Assembly: GCA_041690135.1 (NCBI GenBank)
Contig: JAWLHY010000009.1
Coordinates: forward strand, 128,001-192,000
Direction of reading: 5' to 3'
Origin: Armatimonadota bacterium
Lineage (GTDB): Bacteria > Armatimonadota > SYMT01
Length of the DNA stretch: 64,000 bases
Shown: positions 30,031 to 39,526 of the stretch, piece after piece
Layout: each line of letters opens with the position of its first letter
How positions within the stretch are numbered: the first letter of the stretch is position 1
The notes under the pieces: generated by a model
The model's input: only the letters and a program-made list of their open reading frames with translations
Database searches by the model: none
Told to the model about the DNA's origin: nothing
Translations under genes and position numbers: made by a program

Positions 30031-30933
30031 GTAGTCGTCCTGAAGCTGGACACTTTACCCACGACCTGGCCCTCCTCCATTCGCTCCCAGGTCTGGACAG
30101 CGCCTGGTTGATCTGCACCGTGCGCACGTATCGCTGGGAAACGGTGTCTCAAGCCTCTCCTTCGTCAAGGGCGAGTTCTTCGGTCTTGATGCAGTTGGCT
30201 GATATGCAGGGAAGGCAACGGTTGCACCTTTTTGCACGTTTTTGCATAAGTAGAGGCCGTTTTTTGGAAGTGCGAAGTTAGAGGTGCGAGGTGAGAAGTG
30301 CGAGCTTCCGTCCGTTCTGCCCCCCCACCCCGCCACCCAAGAGGTACCCGGCTGGGGGAGTCTCCCGGCCCCATCGCGGGTTCCGCCACTCCGCGGGTGG
30401 TAAGGTTCCAAGTGCCTTCTGCCCCCTGCCTCCGCCCCCTGCCTCCGCCCACTGCCCACTGCCTTCTGCCAACTGCGTACGGATCCCGGGTTGGACAGTT
30501 TTGGACACGTGGGAAAGATTTCGGGCTCCATCCGGCTCTCCAGGTGTGAGGCGCGAAGTGCGAAGTGTGAAAGCCAGCCTGTGGCGGGGTGGGCGTGAGC
30601 GTTAACCTGGGCGGGTGCGGTGACCAGGACATTGCCACGGTGTGCGTTCACATTGATGGGTACGGTGACCAGGTAACCTCACCCCCCCGCCCCACCCAAA
30701 GGGTGCCCACCGACGCAGAGAAGGGGGAGCCCACGCACTGAACACAGTGGAATGCACAGTTCGGAATTGACGCATCCAGGCCTTTGTCGAGTAAGGGCGG
30801 CACGGTGCTCTCCCGGGCATCGGCTGCGTCGATCCGTCTCCTACCAATTAGATTACCAGGGAAAGGCCGGATATTCAAACATTAGTTATATGATTTGGGC
30901 GGTATTCGGGTATTCGGGTGTTCGGGTGGTCAG

Positions 30934-31104
30934 CAGGGCGGTTCAGTTTTCGGTAGGAGTCAATGGGTAGCCCCGGAGGGGCGGCCAGAGGTCGGGCGCC
31001 CGCATGCGGGCAGGGGGGCGCCAGCCCCCGGACTTGGCGCCCGCACAGAAAAGCCCTGAAGGGGCGACAGAGCAGCGCGCCGTGAGGAAAACTGAACCGC
31101 CCTG
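30934..31104. mobile_element. MITE (171 bp) with 18-bp perfect terminal inverted repeats and a 2-bp AG duplication
   Basis: CAGGGCGGTTCAGTTTTC ... GAAAACTGAACCGCCCTG; removing it restores a GGTGGTCA octamer array. Confidence 0.8.
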
Positions 31105-31257
31105 AGGTGGTCAGGTGGTCAGGTCTTCAGGCAGCCAGGCGCTCTTGTGGGGGAATGTTGGAGTCCTGGTGAGGGTGAGCGTTTAGGTTGGGGAAATTTA
31201 GGTGGGATGCTGGGGGCGGGGCGGGTGCGGGTCTCCATAAGGGGCGCTGCGCGGGCT

Positions 31258-31440
31258 AACGCGAAAACGCGAAAAAGCGAAAGACGCGAAAGAGGTGGGG
31301 ACGGAAGGCGGAAGGTAGTAGGCGGAAGGCAGTGGGCAGTGGGCAGTCGGCGGAAGGCAGTCGGCGGAAGGCAGGGGTAGGGATAGGGGGCAGTCGGTTA
31401 GGGGGCGGGGTGGAGTAGGGGTAGGAGTAGAGGGGGGAGG
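31258..31440. repeat. Mixed short tandem repeats (CGCGAAAA-like; GGCAGTG/GGCGGAA heptamers; GTAGGG hexamers)
   Basis: Seen directly; similar arrays at 14335-14390, 30413-30475, 31800-31860 and 39583-39610. Confidence 0.7.
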
Positions 31441-32017
31441 GGCAGACCTGGGAGCCTGGTCGGGATTCCGCAGGCGGCGACCATGAACGTGGTCCGGCCG
31501 GACGTGAACGATCCCATACGGGCGCATGCGCCGGCCCATCCAGATGAACCCGCCTGAACGCGACTAAGGGTGGGGCTCGGCCGGCTCATCAAAAGTGAGC
31601 CACGAAGCGAGGCTTGATACGCTCGATGGCCGGGTCTACCATGGGAAGTGTTGGGGGCTCGCCTGCCGGTGGGGGAGTATGTCGTCCTGCCGGGTCCGCG
31701 GTTTCGGATGTGCCGGGAACGTCCATCGTCCTTCCGGTGCCGGGCGAGCCCCGTTCCTCTTGCATTGCCGTTAGGGAGAGAGTGGCCTGCTGGAGGGAGC
31801 CGGTGGGCAGAAGGCAGTAGGCGGAAGGCAGGAGTAGTAGTAGGAGTAGGAATTGGGGGCAGGAGGGGCGGGGCGCTCGGTCGATAGGGATCTGGATCGA
31901 TAAGGATATGGATAAAGAGAGCCGGGTAAGGACGGGTGCGCTGACCCGGGGCAGAAGCGATTAGGACTACGATTAGGGGCAGGACTACGATCAGGATGAG
32001 GATCCCGGCAACGACAG

Positions 32018-32920
32018 GTGACCTACCAACGGCGGATGGATCAGGACCGGGATAAGGATAAGGATTTGGAGGTCCGGGTGGGAAAGCCTGCGTTGATTCG
32101 AACTTGGCAGCTCGGCACGGTGACGATCGGGCTGCGGCTGGATCGGGCTACGGTGCGCTGGGGCGAACCCCTGGAGGGGGTGTGTCAGGTCGAGACCGTC
32201 GATAATGGCGTGTGGCTGGCGTGGGTCGAGTGCCGCATGACGCTCCTGCGTGGCTACGAGCACGCGGAGAACTCTCCGGTGCCCCACGGGGAACCGATCC
32301 GGTGGGCGGACGTGCGGGTCGGGGTGCGCGAGCGGGTGGAGTTGCCGTTCCGGCTGCCGATCGCGCCGGGGAGCGGCGTGGGAGTGGTCGGGCAGTTGGA
32401 AGCGAGGGCCTGCGGGAAAGGGACGGGCAAAGAGGCGGCGGTGACCGTCCTCTTCGAGATCCTGCCACCGGCGATGTGCACGGAGCTGGCCCGCGTGCTG
32501 GGAGAACTCTCGGGGCTCACCGAGTTGGAATGGCTCCTACCCCTGGGCTCCGAGCCCGGTGTGGTGCTCGCGCGCCTGACCACCCCTGACGGAACGCAGC
32601 CTTCTCCCCTGGAGTGGATGGAGTTGCGGGCGCATCACGATGGGAGTCTCCTGCACGGACACCTCCGGGTCCGGGTGCGGTCTCGCCCACGCGGCGGTCT
32701 CCTGGCATGGCTGGGCCAGAGCAAGCTGCGGACCCTCTCCTTCTCTTACCCCGCGCACAATCCAGAGGCAGGTTTCCGGATGGTGGAGGAGCAGTTGCGC
32801 CCCTTTCTCACGGGATCCGTGGACCTGCCGATCCCGTCGGGGAGCGCGTCGCTACCGGCAGAGTCGGGACTGCCGATTCCGGCGGAGGGTGCGGAGCGGG
32901 ACGGGGCGGTGGATCGATAA
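32018..32920 (+). CDS. Hypothetical protein, possibly Spo0M/arrestin-like fold; true start probably downstream of the repeat-derived N-terminus
   Basis: LRLDRATVRWGEPLEG, ELPFRLPI; the N-terminal DQDRDKDKD is translated repeat. Confidence 0.5.
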   Translation: MTYQRRMDQDRDKDKDLEVRVGKPALIRTWQLGTVTIGLRLDRATVRWGEPLEGVCQVETVDNGVWLAWVECRMTLLRGYEHAENSPVPHGEPIRWADVRVGVRERVELPFRLPIAPGSGVGVVGQLEARACGKGTGKEAAVTVLFEILPPAMCTELARVLGELSGLTELEWLLPLGSEPGVVLARLTTPDGTQPSPLEWMELRAHHDGSLLHGHLRVRVRSRPRGGLLAWLGQSKLRTLSFSYPAHNPEAGFRMVEEQLRPFLTGSVDLPIPSGSASLPAESGLPIPAEGAERDGAVDR

Positions 32921-33105
32921 GGATCTGGACCGATAAGGATAAGGAGTACCGTAGGCACCTTTCCGGAGTGATATCGAGGCAAGGGCTTTGCGATGGGCAG
33001 ATTCTCTGGCCCCCCCGGAAAAGTCCAATAGAATGAAGTGAGCGGCTACTCGACAGGTGAGGGTGAGACCGCGCGGAGATGCGTTGGATGGGGGGCGGAT
33101 TCACG

Positions 33106-33420
33106 ATGAAGAACACACTCATTGTCCAGTTTCCGGCTGGCAAGGTCCCATCCTACGACCGTGTCATCGAAATCGAGGATACGCTCATCCAGGCATTCGC
33201 GCAGAATCGTGCGGCCATCGTTGACGGTCACGACTTCGGGTGTGCCGCAAACATCTTCATCTTTCCGAAGGGCCCATGGGACAGGTGCATTGAGATCGCT
33301 ATGGCCTACCTGAAGTTGAAGAAGGCGCTGGACGAGGTTCTGGTGATCAAGCGCCTCAAGAATGAAACTTACGAGGTCGTCTGGCCCAAGGGGTTCACCG
33401 GCGAGTTCGAGCGCGTCTGA
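33106..33420 (+). CDS. Small hypothetical protein (cassette-like)
   Basis: LIVQFP, VDGHDFG, NIFIF, YEVVWP; lower GC than its flanks. Confidence 0.7.
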   Translation: MKNTLIVQFPAGKVPSYDRVIEIEDTLIQAFAQNRAAIVDGHDFGCAANIFIFPKGPWDRCIEIAMAYLKLKKALDEVLVIKRLKNETYEVVWPKGFTGEFERV

Positions 33421-33539
33421 AGGCGAGGTGTAGACAACGTCCGCTGGCGCTCTCCCGATAGCAGCGCTTCCGGCTCCATTCCCCCAAACCGTTCCTTCCG
33501 TGCCACCGCTCTTGCCGCCGCAGGTCGATGGGAGACGTG

Positions 33540-34256
33540 ATGAGCCTATACCGGTCGCGCTGGGTGGTCCCGGGTCTCGTAGGGCTGCTGCTATCAGCCG
33601 GGGCGAAGCTGGGGGCCACGGCTCCAACCTCCCTGTATCCTCCCGCCATCCTGCTGGACATGGAGCGGGGCGATGTGGATACTCTCGGCCGGGCGGAGGG
33701 GATCACGGTGCTTCGCATCGATCCCGACGACGACGGCGCGGGGCATGCCGGCTGGCCCAAGTACCTGGTGGGGCGGGCCGCGAACGGCAAGTTCGTCTGG
33801 CGGTTCCCACGCCGGCTGATCTTTCCGGGCACGGGCGAGCACTCGGAGGCGGAGATCCGCGCTCACTATGAGAGCCTCGATCAGGCCTGCCTGGTACCCG
33901 AACGTGCCGCCGTGGTGGCCATCGGGCGGCGACAGTACGGCCTGCGAGCGCGGGACGGCTCCGTGCTCTGGCGGAAAGCCGGTCCGCGCGTTCCCGTCTT
34001 ATCCCTTCAGCCCCACCGATCCGGCTGTTTCGCCCTGGTGATACCGGACCACCACCTGGGAGACAACAACCCGGACGGTCCCGAATTGCATTCATCTCTT
34101 GCCTTTATCCAGGCCCGCACGGGTGAATGGCGGTGGCTTCGTCGCGTTCCCGCAGCGAGCCGGCTGGTTTTTAGGGATGGCATGCTCTTCCTCTACAAAG
34201 GGGAAACGCTGGTCGAGCAGTTTCAGCCCGCATCGCTGTTGGACGGAGCGAAGTGA
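33540..34256 (+). CDS. Secreted protein with PQQ-like beta-propeller fragments
   Basis: Signal peptide; ANGKFVW, RDGSVLW, RTGEWRW. Confidence 0.55.
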   Translation: MSLYRSRWVVPGLVGLLLSAGAKLGATAPTSLYPPAILLDMERGDVDTLGRAEGITVLRIDPDDDGAGHAGWPKYLVGRAANGKFVWRFPRRLIFPGTGEHSEAEIRAHYESLDQACLVPERAAVVAIGRRQYGLRARDGSVLWRKAGPRVPVLSLQPHRSGCFALVIPDHHLGDNNPDGPELHSSLAFIQARTGEWRWLRRVPAASRLVFRDGMLFLYKGETLVEQFQPASLLDGAK

Positions 34257-34279
34257 GAAGACGCCCAGCCGCTTTGCCG

Positions 34280-34465
34280 GGTTGATGAAGATAAGGATAA
34301 GGATAAAGAGATCCGAGTAAAGACGGGTGTCCTGACCAGGGGCGGAGTGGATAAGGACGAGATTGATGAAGATAAGGATAAGGATAAAGAGTCCTGCTCC
34401 AGAACGACTTCCCTGACCAGGGGACCGCACCATTCGGGGAGCGATGGTGCGTAGCCGTCGCAATC
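34280..34465 (+). repeat. Composite CCCTGACCAGGG/GATAAG repeat
   Basis: Palindromic cores at about 34331 and 34411 with GATAAG tracts. Confidence 0.8.
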
Positions 34466-34571
34466 AACACACGGCAAATGCTGCAACAAACGGTCCGGCA
34501 ATGGTTCCGGGTTCCGGCGCTTCGACGGGAGTGGGGAAATCAGATAGGATCGAGGTAGGAGGAGTTCCGCG

Positions 34572-34859
34572 ATGACGAGAACGGCACAGGTCCTGGAAGG
34601 CACCTGGGAAGAAATCCAGCGGCAGGGAGAACATCTGGCGGGCAAGAGACTCCGCGTTCACGTGCTTGAAAACGGTCTGGGAGGCGAGACAGGGCCGGGA
34701 GACGAAACCCATCCTTCCCAACCCTTCTATGCCACAGCCACGCCGGCGGAGCGCGCGAGAGCTTTCCGGGAGTGGGCCGAGAGCCACAGCCGGGAAACGC
34801 CCGTGCTCTCGGATGATGCGATCAGCCGGGAGAGCATCTACTTCGGCGAGCGAGACTGA
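34572..34859 (+). CDS. Putative antitoxin
   Basis: LEGTWEEI ... LSDDAISRESIY; translationally coupled to the PIN toxin; AGGAG RBS. Confidence 0.75.
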   Translation: MTRTAQVLEGTWEEIQRQGEHLAGKRLRVHVLENGLGGETGPGDETHPSQPFYATATPAERARAFREWAESHSRETPVLSDDAISRESIYFGERD

Positions 34860-35299
34860 TGGCGTACCTGGGAGACTCCAACCTCTTCCTCCGCAGCGCC
34901 GAGCCCGCCCATCCCATGTATCCGGAGGCGGTGCATGCCATTGAAACGCTCCTGGAACAGGGTGAAGAGATCTTCCTCGTTCCGCAGAACCTCTACGAGT
35001 TCTGGGTCGTGGCCACCCGCCCCCTGGAGAGGAATGGCCTCGGGATGACCGCTGCCCAGGCCGAAGCCGAACTGGACCGTATCGAGAGCCAGTTCCCCGT
35101 CCTTCCCGACACTGCCGCAGTCTATGGCGAATGGCGCCGCCTCGTCACCCGGTACGGCGTTATTGGCGTGCGCGCTCACGACGTACGACTGGTAGCAGCA
35201 ATGTTGGTCCACAAGATCACTCACCTCTTGACCTTCAACGTGGACGATTTCCGGCAGTTCCCGGAGATCACGGCTGTCCACCCCCAAGCAGTGCGTTAG
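34859..35299 (+). CDS. vapC: PIN-domain VapC toxin
   Basis: GDSNLFLR, PQNLYEFW, HDVRLVAAM, LLTFNVDDF. Confidence 0.88.
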   Translation: MAYLGDSNLFLRSAEPAHPMYPEAVHAIETLLEQGEEIFLVPQNLYEFWVVATRPLERNGLGMTAAQAEAELDRIESQFPVLPDTAAVYGEWRRLVTRYGVIGVRAHDVRLVAAMLVHKITHLLTFNVDDFRQFPEITAVHPQAVR

Positions 35300-35341
35300 C
35301 CGCACTCTGTCTTGGTCTTGAAGCGGATAAGCAGTCGGCTG

Positions 35342-35526
35342 CCCTGACCAGGGGCGAGTGGATTAGGACGAGGATAAGGATAAAGAGTCCCGTCACAGAA
35401 CGACTTCCCTGACCAGGGGGATGGCCACGTCGCTGATGGGTTTTGCCTCTGGAGGCTGAGCGCTTCGGCGGGAGGCTCATCTGGGCCGGGGATGTTGCTG
35501 CTGGTTTATCGCTCCTCGCCATGACC
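35342..35526 (+). repeat. Composite CCCTGACCAGGG repeat ending in GCTCCTCGCCATGAC
   Basis: Aligns by eye with 37417-37535, 58645-58830 and the reverse complement of 29697-29815. Confidence 0.8.
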
Positions 35527-35777
35527 TACCGTGTTTATTGCCTCATGTTGATCGTGGGCATTGGCTGACGGCCTGGCAGTACGGGTGCCGGCGGTGCAGG
35601 TCGGTTACGGCTGGCTTGATCGGGGGACCGCACCATTCGGGAAGCGAAGGCGCGTAGGTGACGGAAGCCACTCCGGCTGCTGGAAGGTGAGGGCAACGAG
35701 CACACGATCGTTTTCCGCCGGGGCGAGATGGTGGACATCCTCTGCCCGCAGGCAGAGAAGGGCAGCGCTTCAGGCGC

Positions 35778-35865
35778 GGTCGGACAGTCACTGCACCTGA
35801 CGGAATGGACGGCGACTATCGTTTCGCAGAGGCGGAGTTCGCCGTGGGTAGGTTTGGGGTTAGGC
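35778..35865 (+). other. Degenerate attC-like site
   Basis: CACTGCACCTGAC ... GTTAGGC (35859-35865). Confidence 0.45.
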
Positions 35866-35903
35866 CACATTGACGGGTGCTTGGTGGTGAACGGTGATAT
35901 AAG

Positions 35904-36275
35904 ATGCGCCTTCGACGGATCCTCGGAATGGGGGCACTGCTTGTCCTGGTTCTACTGGCTATCGGCCAACTGCATTCGCGGCTGATGGCATCGATTCCAC
36001 CGCCTCCTCCGGCATTCGTTGGTGAATGGCTCGGCACCGGGAGATTCCGTTCGTTGGAGTTTCACAAGAACGGACAGTGGGGTGGTGATACGGCAAATTC
36101 CACCACCATCGGGCCCTGGAAGCACCTGGGGGGAGAGGCCGTCGTGATAGAGTATCCAGCACAAGATGGTTCGCCGCGTGAGGCCACATGGCATTTGCGT
36201 GTGCAGCCGGATCAATCGCGGTTGCGGGTTCGCTTTCCGAATGGGAAGGAAGAAGTCTTCTCTCGGGTCCGATAA
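35904..36275 (+). CDS. Hypothetical exported protein in an integron-type cassette
   Basis: N-terminal hydrophobic helix, FVGEW; bounded by GTTAGGC and GCCTAAC. Confidence 0.6.
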   Translation: MRLRRILGMGALLVLVLLAIGQLHSRLMASIPPPPPAFVGEWLGTGRFRSLEFHKNGQWGGDTANSTTIGPWKHLGGEAVVIEYPAQDGSPREATWHLRVQPDQSRLRVRFPNGKEEVFSRVR

Positions 36276-36304
36276 GCCAGCGGTGGTGTGCGTTCTGTAA
36301 AGCC

Positions 36305-36356
36305 GCCTAACCTCTGCTGCGCCGGATCCGTAGAGACGGGGTGCCTGGCGTTAGGC
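36305..36356 (+). other. Short attC-like site
   Basis: GCCTAAC (36305-36311) ... GTTAGGC (36350-36356). Confidence 0.55.
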
Positions 36357-36382
36357 CGCGTCGTGTCCCGGGAGGAGATCCT

Positions 36383-37183
36383 GTGCCCGAGAGGCTGAAG
36401 CATCACCACGAGATTTGCGAGTTACTGGGAGTCCAACCGGTCGCCTCTCCGGAGCGCCTGCAGGTCCTTGCGGCACGGGAACAGGCGTGCGGGGTGCGCT
36501 TTCCGGAAGCCGTGAGGGAGTGGTTCCTGGTCGAGGACGCCGAGTGCTTGTTCCACGAGAACACCAACGAGGATCACCTGACCCGCCTCGCGGAGCTGGG
36601 GAACCCGGCGGAGACGGCGCAGGGTTGCCTGTGCGTGGCTACCGAGAACCAGGCGGCCGTGGCCTGGTACGTGCGCCTGGATGAAGGCGAGGACCCTCCG
36701 GTCTACGATAACCAGGACCACTGGAACGAAGACCTATCGAGCACTCCCTGGCAGCGGGTCTCCAGGACCTTCAGCAACTTCCTCTTTGACATGATCGCCG
36801 GCAACCGTTTTGGCGGCTGGTATTCCGGGACGTATCTCACTGCCCGTGATCTGCTGCCGGACCAGGAGGCCCTGGAGGTCCTGCGGCAATCCTTTCGGGA
36901 AGGGCCGACGACGGACGAGGCGGAGGTCCGGGTGCTGCGCTTCTATGACCCCGGCGGTGTGGTGCTTATCCAAAGCGCGACCGCAGAGGAGATCGCCCAG
37001 GGGCTAGCGGAGTGGACGATCGATGCGGCCTCCCCGGAAGCGCTCTACCGGCTGGCGAGGACCGTCTGGCCGATTGGGACGCTCTCCCGCACGCTGAGGC
37101 CGGACGGGACCAACGGGTACGAAGCGGAGAAGGTGCTCCGCCGGCTGCGGTCGGAGGGACGGGGTGGATGTGGATCCGGATAA
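36383..37183 (+). CDS. SMI1/KNR4 (SUKH) family immunity-type protein
   Basis: EQACGVRFPEAVREW, ENQ, DPPVY, TFSNFL; GGAGGAG RBS. Confidence 0.75.
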   Translation: MPERLKHHHEICELLGVQPVASPERLQVLAAREQACGVRFPEAVREWFLVEDAECLFHENTNEDHLTRLAELGNPAETAQGCLCVATENQAAVAWYVRLDEGEDPPVYDNQDHWNEDLSSTPWQRVSRTFSNFLFDMIAGNRFGGWYSGTYLTARDLLPDQEALEVLRQSFREGPTTDEAEVRVLRFYDPGGVVLIQSATAEEIAQGLAEWTIDAASPEALYRLARTVWPIGTLSRTLRPDGTNGYEAEKVLRRLRSEGRGGCGSG

Positions 37184-37540
37184 GGATAAAGAGTTCCGGG
37201 TAAGGGCGGGTGCCCTGATCTGGGACAGGGGCGATTAGGACGAAGACTACGATTAGGATGAGGATTCCGGCGAGGACAGGTGCCCTGACCAGGGGGCGGA
37301 GAGGATAAGGACGAGGATAAAAAGTCTTGTGTAAGGGCAACTTCCCTGACCAGGGGGGCGGGTGGATAAGGATGAGGATGAGGATGAGGATAAAGAGGCT
37401 CGCTCCCTGACGAGTTCCCTGACCAGGGGGCTGGCCGCGTCGCTTGTGAGATCAGGTTCGGGTGGTTGGGCGCTTCGGCGCGGGGTTCATCAGATTCAGG
37501 GAAGTTGGTGCGGGTCTATCGCTCCTCGCCATGACTGCCG
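37170..37540 (+). repeat. Composite CCCTGACCAGGG/GATGAG-GATAAG repeat, about 4 tandem units
   Basis: Cores at about 37213, 37283, 37343 and 37417; ends with GCTCCTCGCCATGAC. Confidence 0.8.
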
Positions 37541-37967
37541 TTTTCATTGCCCGAACGCCTGACTGCCTGAAAGCCTGAACGATGCTGTTGGGAAATTTGA
37601 TCGCGGGCAGTTGCACTGCCCGCGGAAGCCTTCGTCCCGCAGGCCTACGCCCCGTATGGGTGGCACTGCGGAAGCCTGTGGTCTCGCAGCCGTCTCGGAT
37701 TACCGGGATCGCCAATGCCAGGCCCCAGGACGGGGGCGGCGCAGTGCAACTGCGCACGAAGTGTTCCGGCTGCAGTCCAATCCATACGGACGCATGCGCT
37801 GCAGCCGATCTCGGAGGATTTACCAACAACATCCTGAACGCCTGAAAGCCTGAATGCCCCACGCCCAACGCCCGAGCCCCTCCCATCTTCATCTTCATCT
37901 TTCAAATCTGCGTCATCTGTGGACTTCCCCTGCCCATCGGCGGACGGGACGTCCGCGCTCCCCAGGT

Positions 37968-38258
37968 CTACCTTGCCCGCTGTTCGAACCACTGGTTGCC
38001 GAGGCGGTCGTGGAAGAGGGTGAGGACTTCGCCGTTGGCGAGCTCCAGCTCGTAGTAGGTGCGGCTGACGGGCTGCTCGGTCCACCAGCGGTCGTCGATG
38101 CGCCAGCAGTCGCGCAGGCCCGCCACGGGCTGCAGGCGTTTGGCCATCCATACGGACCGCGGTTCTCCCCGGGCGCCGACCTTCACCTGGATCGGCCGGG
38201 GGGTGTTCAGGGGTCGTAGCGGATCAGTCCGAAGTTTTCTTCCGGTAACAGGGACCAC
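37968..38258 (-). CDS. Small ImuB-C/DUF6504-like protein
   Basis: GGAGG RBS + GTG overlapping the imuB end; WRIDDRWW, RTYYELEL, LFHD, WF. Confidence 0.75.
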   Translation of the reverse strand: MVPVTGRKLRTDPLRPLNTPRPIQVKVGARGEPRSVWMAKRLQPVAGLRDCWRIDDRWWTEQPVSRTYYELELANGEVLTLFHDRLGNQWFEQRAR

Positions 38259-39445
38259 GGGTCTACCTCCACAATCCGAAACAGGGCCGGGCGGCCGCGC
38301 AGCCGCCGGCGCTCGCGCAGGTGTTCGAGTTCTTGCTTCAACTGCTCCTGGCGCTGGACGCGCTCGTCTTCGAACAGTCGTTGCTGCCCGTCCAGCCGGG
38401 GGGCCAGGGCGGTGAGCTCGACGGTGAGTTGGGTCAGCACGCCGGAGGGGAGCACGCCCTCCAGGCGGCGTTTCAGCTCGGCGAAGGCGTTCCGGGGGCA
38501 TTCGGTGGGCCGGCGTAGGGTGAGGCGTCGCTCCCAGACTTCGCCGCTCTCCAGGGCGACCTCCATCCGGACCTGCCGCACTCCCCGGTCGCCGCGCTCC
38601 GGCCGGGCCCAGGCACGGCGCAGTACCTGCTCCAGCGCCAGGTGGAATAACTCGGTGGTGGGGGGATAGCGGAACGCCCACGTTTCCCGGACCACCGGCG
38701 CCGGACGGTAGGGAACCAGCGGCTCCCGGTCTTCGCCGCACGCCAGGCGGTGGAGGCGCTCTCCCGGCCGCCCGAAGCGGGCCAGCATGGCCGACCGGGG
38801 CAGCCGCGCGACCCGGCCGAGGGTGCGGAGGCCCATCAGGTCCAACTGGCGCGCCACCTCCGGGTCGGCCGGCAGCAGGGTGCTGGGGGCCTCGCGCAGG
38901 AAGAGGGTCTTGGCTTCGTCGCTTACAGCCACCGGGCGGGCCGGGGTGGCCTGGTGCGCCGCGACCCAGGCGGTGAACTTTCCGGAGGCGAGGCCCAGGC
39001 GCGGCGAGAAGGGCGGGGGTACCACTGTGCACACCGCCGCCGCCAGCTCTTCCGGACGCTCCGGGTCCAGGTGCGGCAGGCCGGTGAGGTCCAGGTAATA
39101 CTGCTCCGGGGATTCCGTCTCGATGCTCGGGCTAAGGGTGTCCAGGGCCTCCAGCAGCCGCAGGTGCCACTGCTGGTAGTGGAGGACGTCGAACGGGAGC
39201 ACCGCGGCGCCCGGGCACCGCTGCGGGACCGTATCGGCCGGGGATCCGGGCTCCAACCCCGCCGCCCGCGCCTCGGGGGAGCAGTCGCGCACCCGGGTGA
39301 TCTCCCCGCTCTTTCCGGATTCCGCCGCGATCACCACCAGGGGTCGCCCGGCGAGATCCGGCCGCCGCGCGCGCTCGGCACAGATGGCGAAGTGGGGGAG
39401 CCACACGCACGCCACGGACTGGGGAACGGCGAGAGAGCCGGACAC
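38207..39445 (-). CDS. imuB: ImuB-like inactive Y-family polymerase
   Basis: Y-family layout (CSPEARAAG, YLDLTG, LGLASGKFTA, MGLRTLG, ARFG) without the catalytic Asp motifs; beta-clamp motif QQRLF. Confidence 0.82.
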   Translation of the reverse strand: MSGSLAVPQSVACVWLPHFAICAERARRPDLAGRPLVVIAAESGKSGEITRVRDCSPEARAAGLEPGSPADTVPQRCPGAAVLPFDVLHYQQWHLRLLEALDTLSPSIETESPEQYYLDLTGLPHLDPERPEELAAAVCTVVPPPFSPRLGLASGKFTAWVAAHQATPARPVAVSDEAKTLFLREAPSTLLPADPEVARQLDLMGLRTLGRVARLPRSAMLARFGRPGERLHRLACGEDREPLVPYRPAPVVRETWAFRYPPTTELFHLALEQVLRRAWARPERGDRGVRQVRMEVALESGEVWERRLTLRRPTECPRNAFAELKRRLEGVLPSGVLTQLTVELTALAPRLDGQQRLFEDERVQRQEQLKQELEHLRERRRLRGRPALFRIVEVDPWSLLPEENFGLIRYDP

Positions 39446-39506
39446 GGGAATGGGTTCCTCCTGGGTCGATGTCGCCTGCCTGTAGTTCTTACCGGCAAAG
39501 GGGGCT

Positions 39507-39526
39507 ATGCAAACTCATGTTTGCAT
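39507..39526. promoter_or_regulatory. Putative LexA/SOS box
   Basis: ATGCAAAC-TCAT-GTTTGCAT perfect dyad about 60 bp upstream of imuB; resembles GAAC-N4-GTTC. Confidence 0.6.

Noticed and set aside
30055-30880. Minus-strand ORFs or a possible structured RNA (GGATCGACGCA...TGCGTCAATTCC stem)
   Set aside because: The ORFs are largely translated repeats, and the stem matches no riboswitch consensus I can support without an Rfam search.
29697-37540. CCCTGACCAGGG units with 60-80 bp period as CRISPR
   Set aside because: The intervening sequences are similar to each other rather than unique spacers, and the conserved core is only 12 bp.
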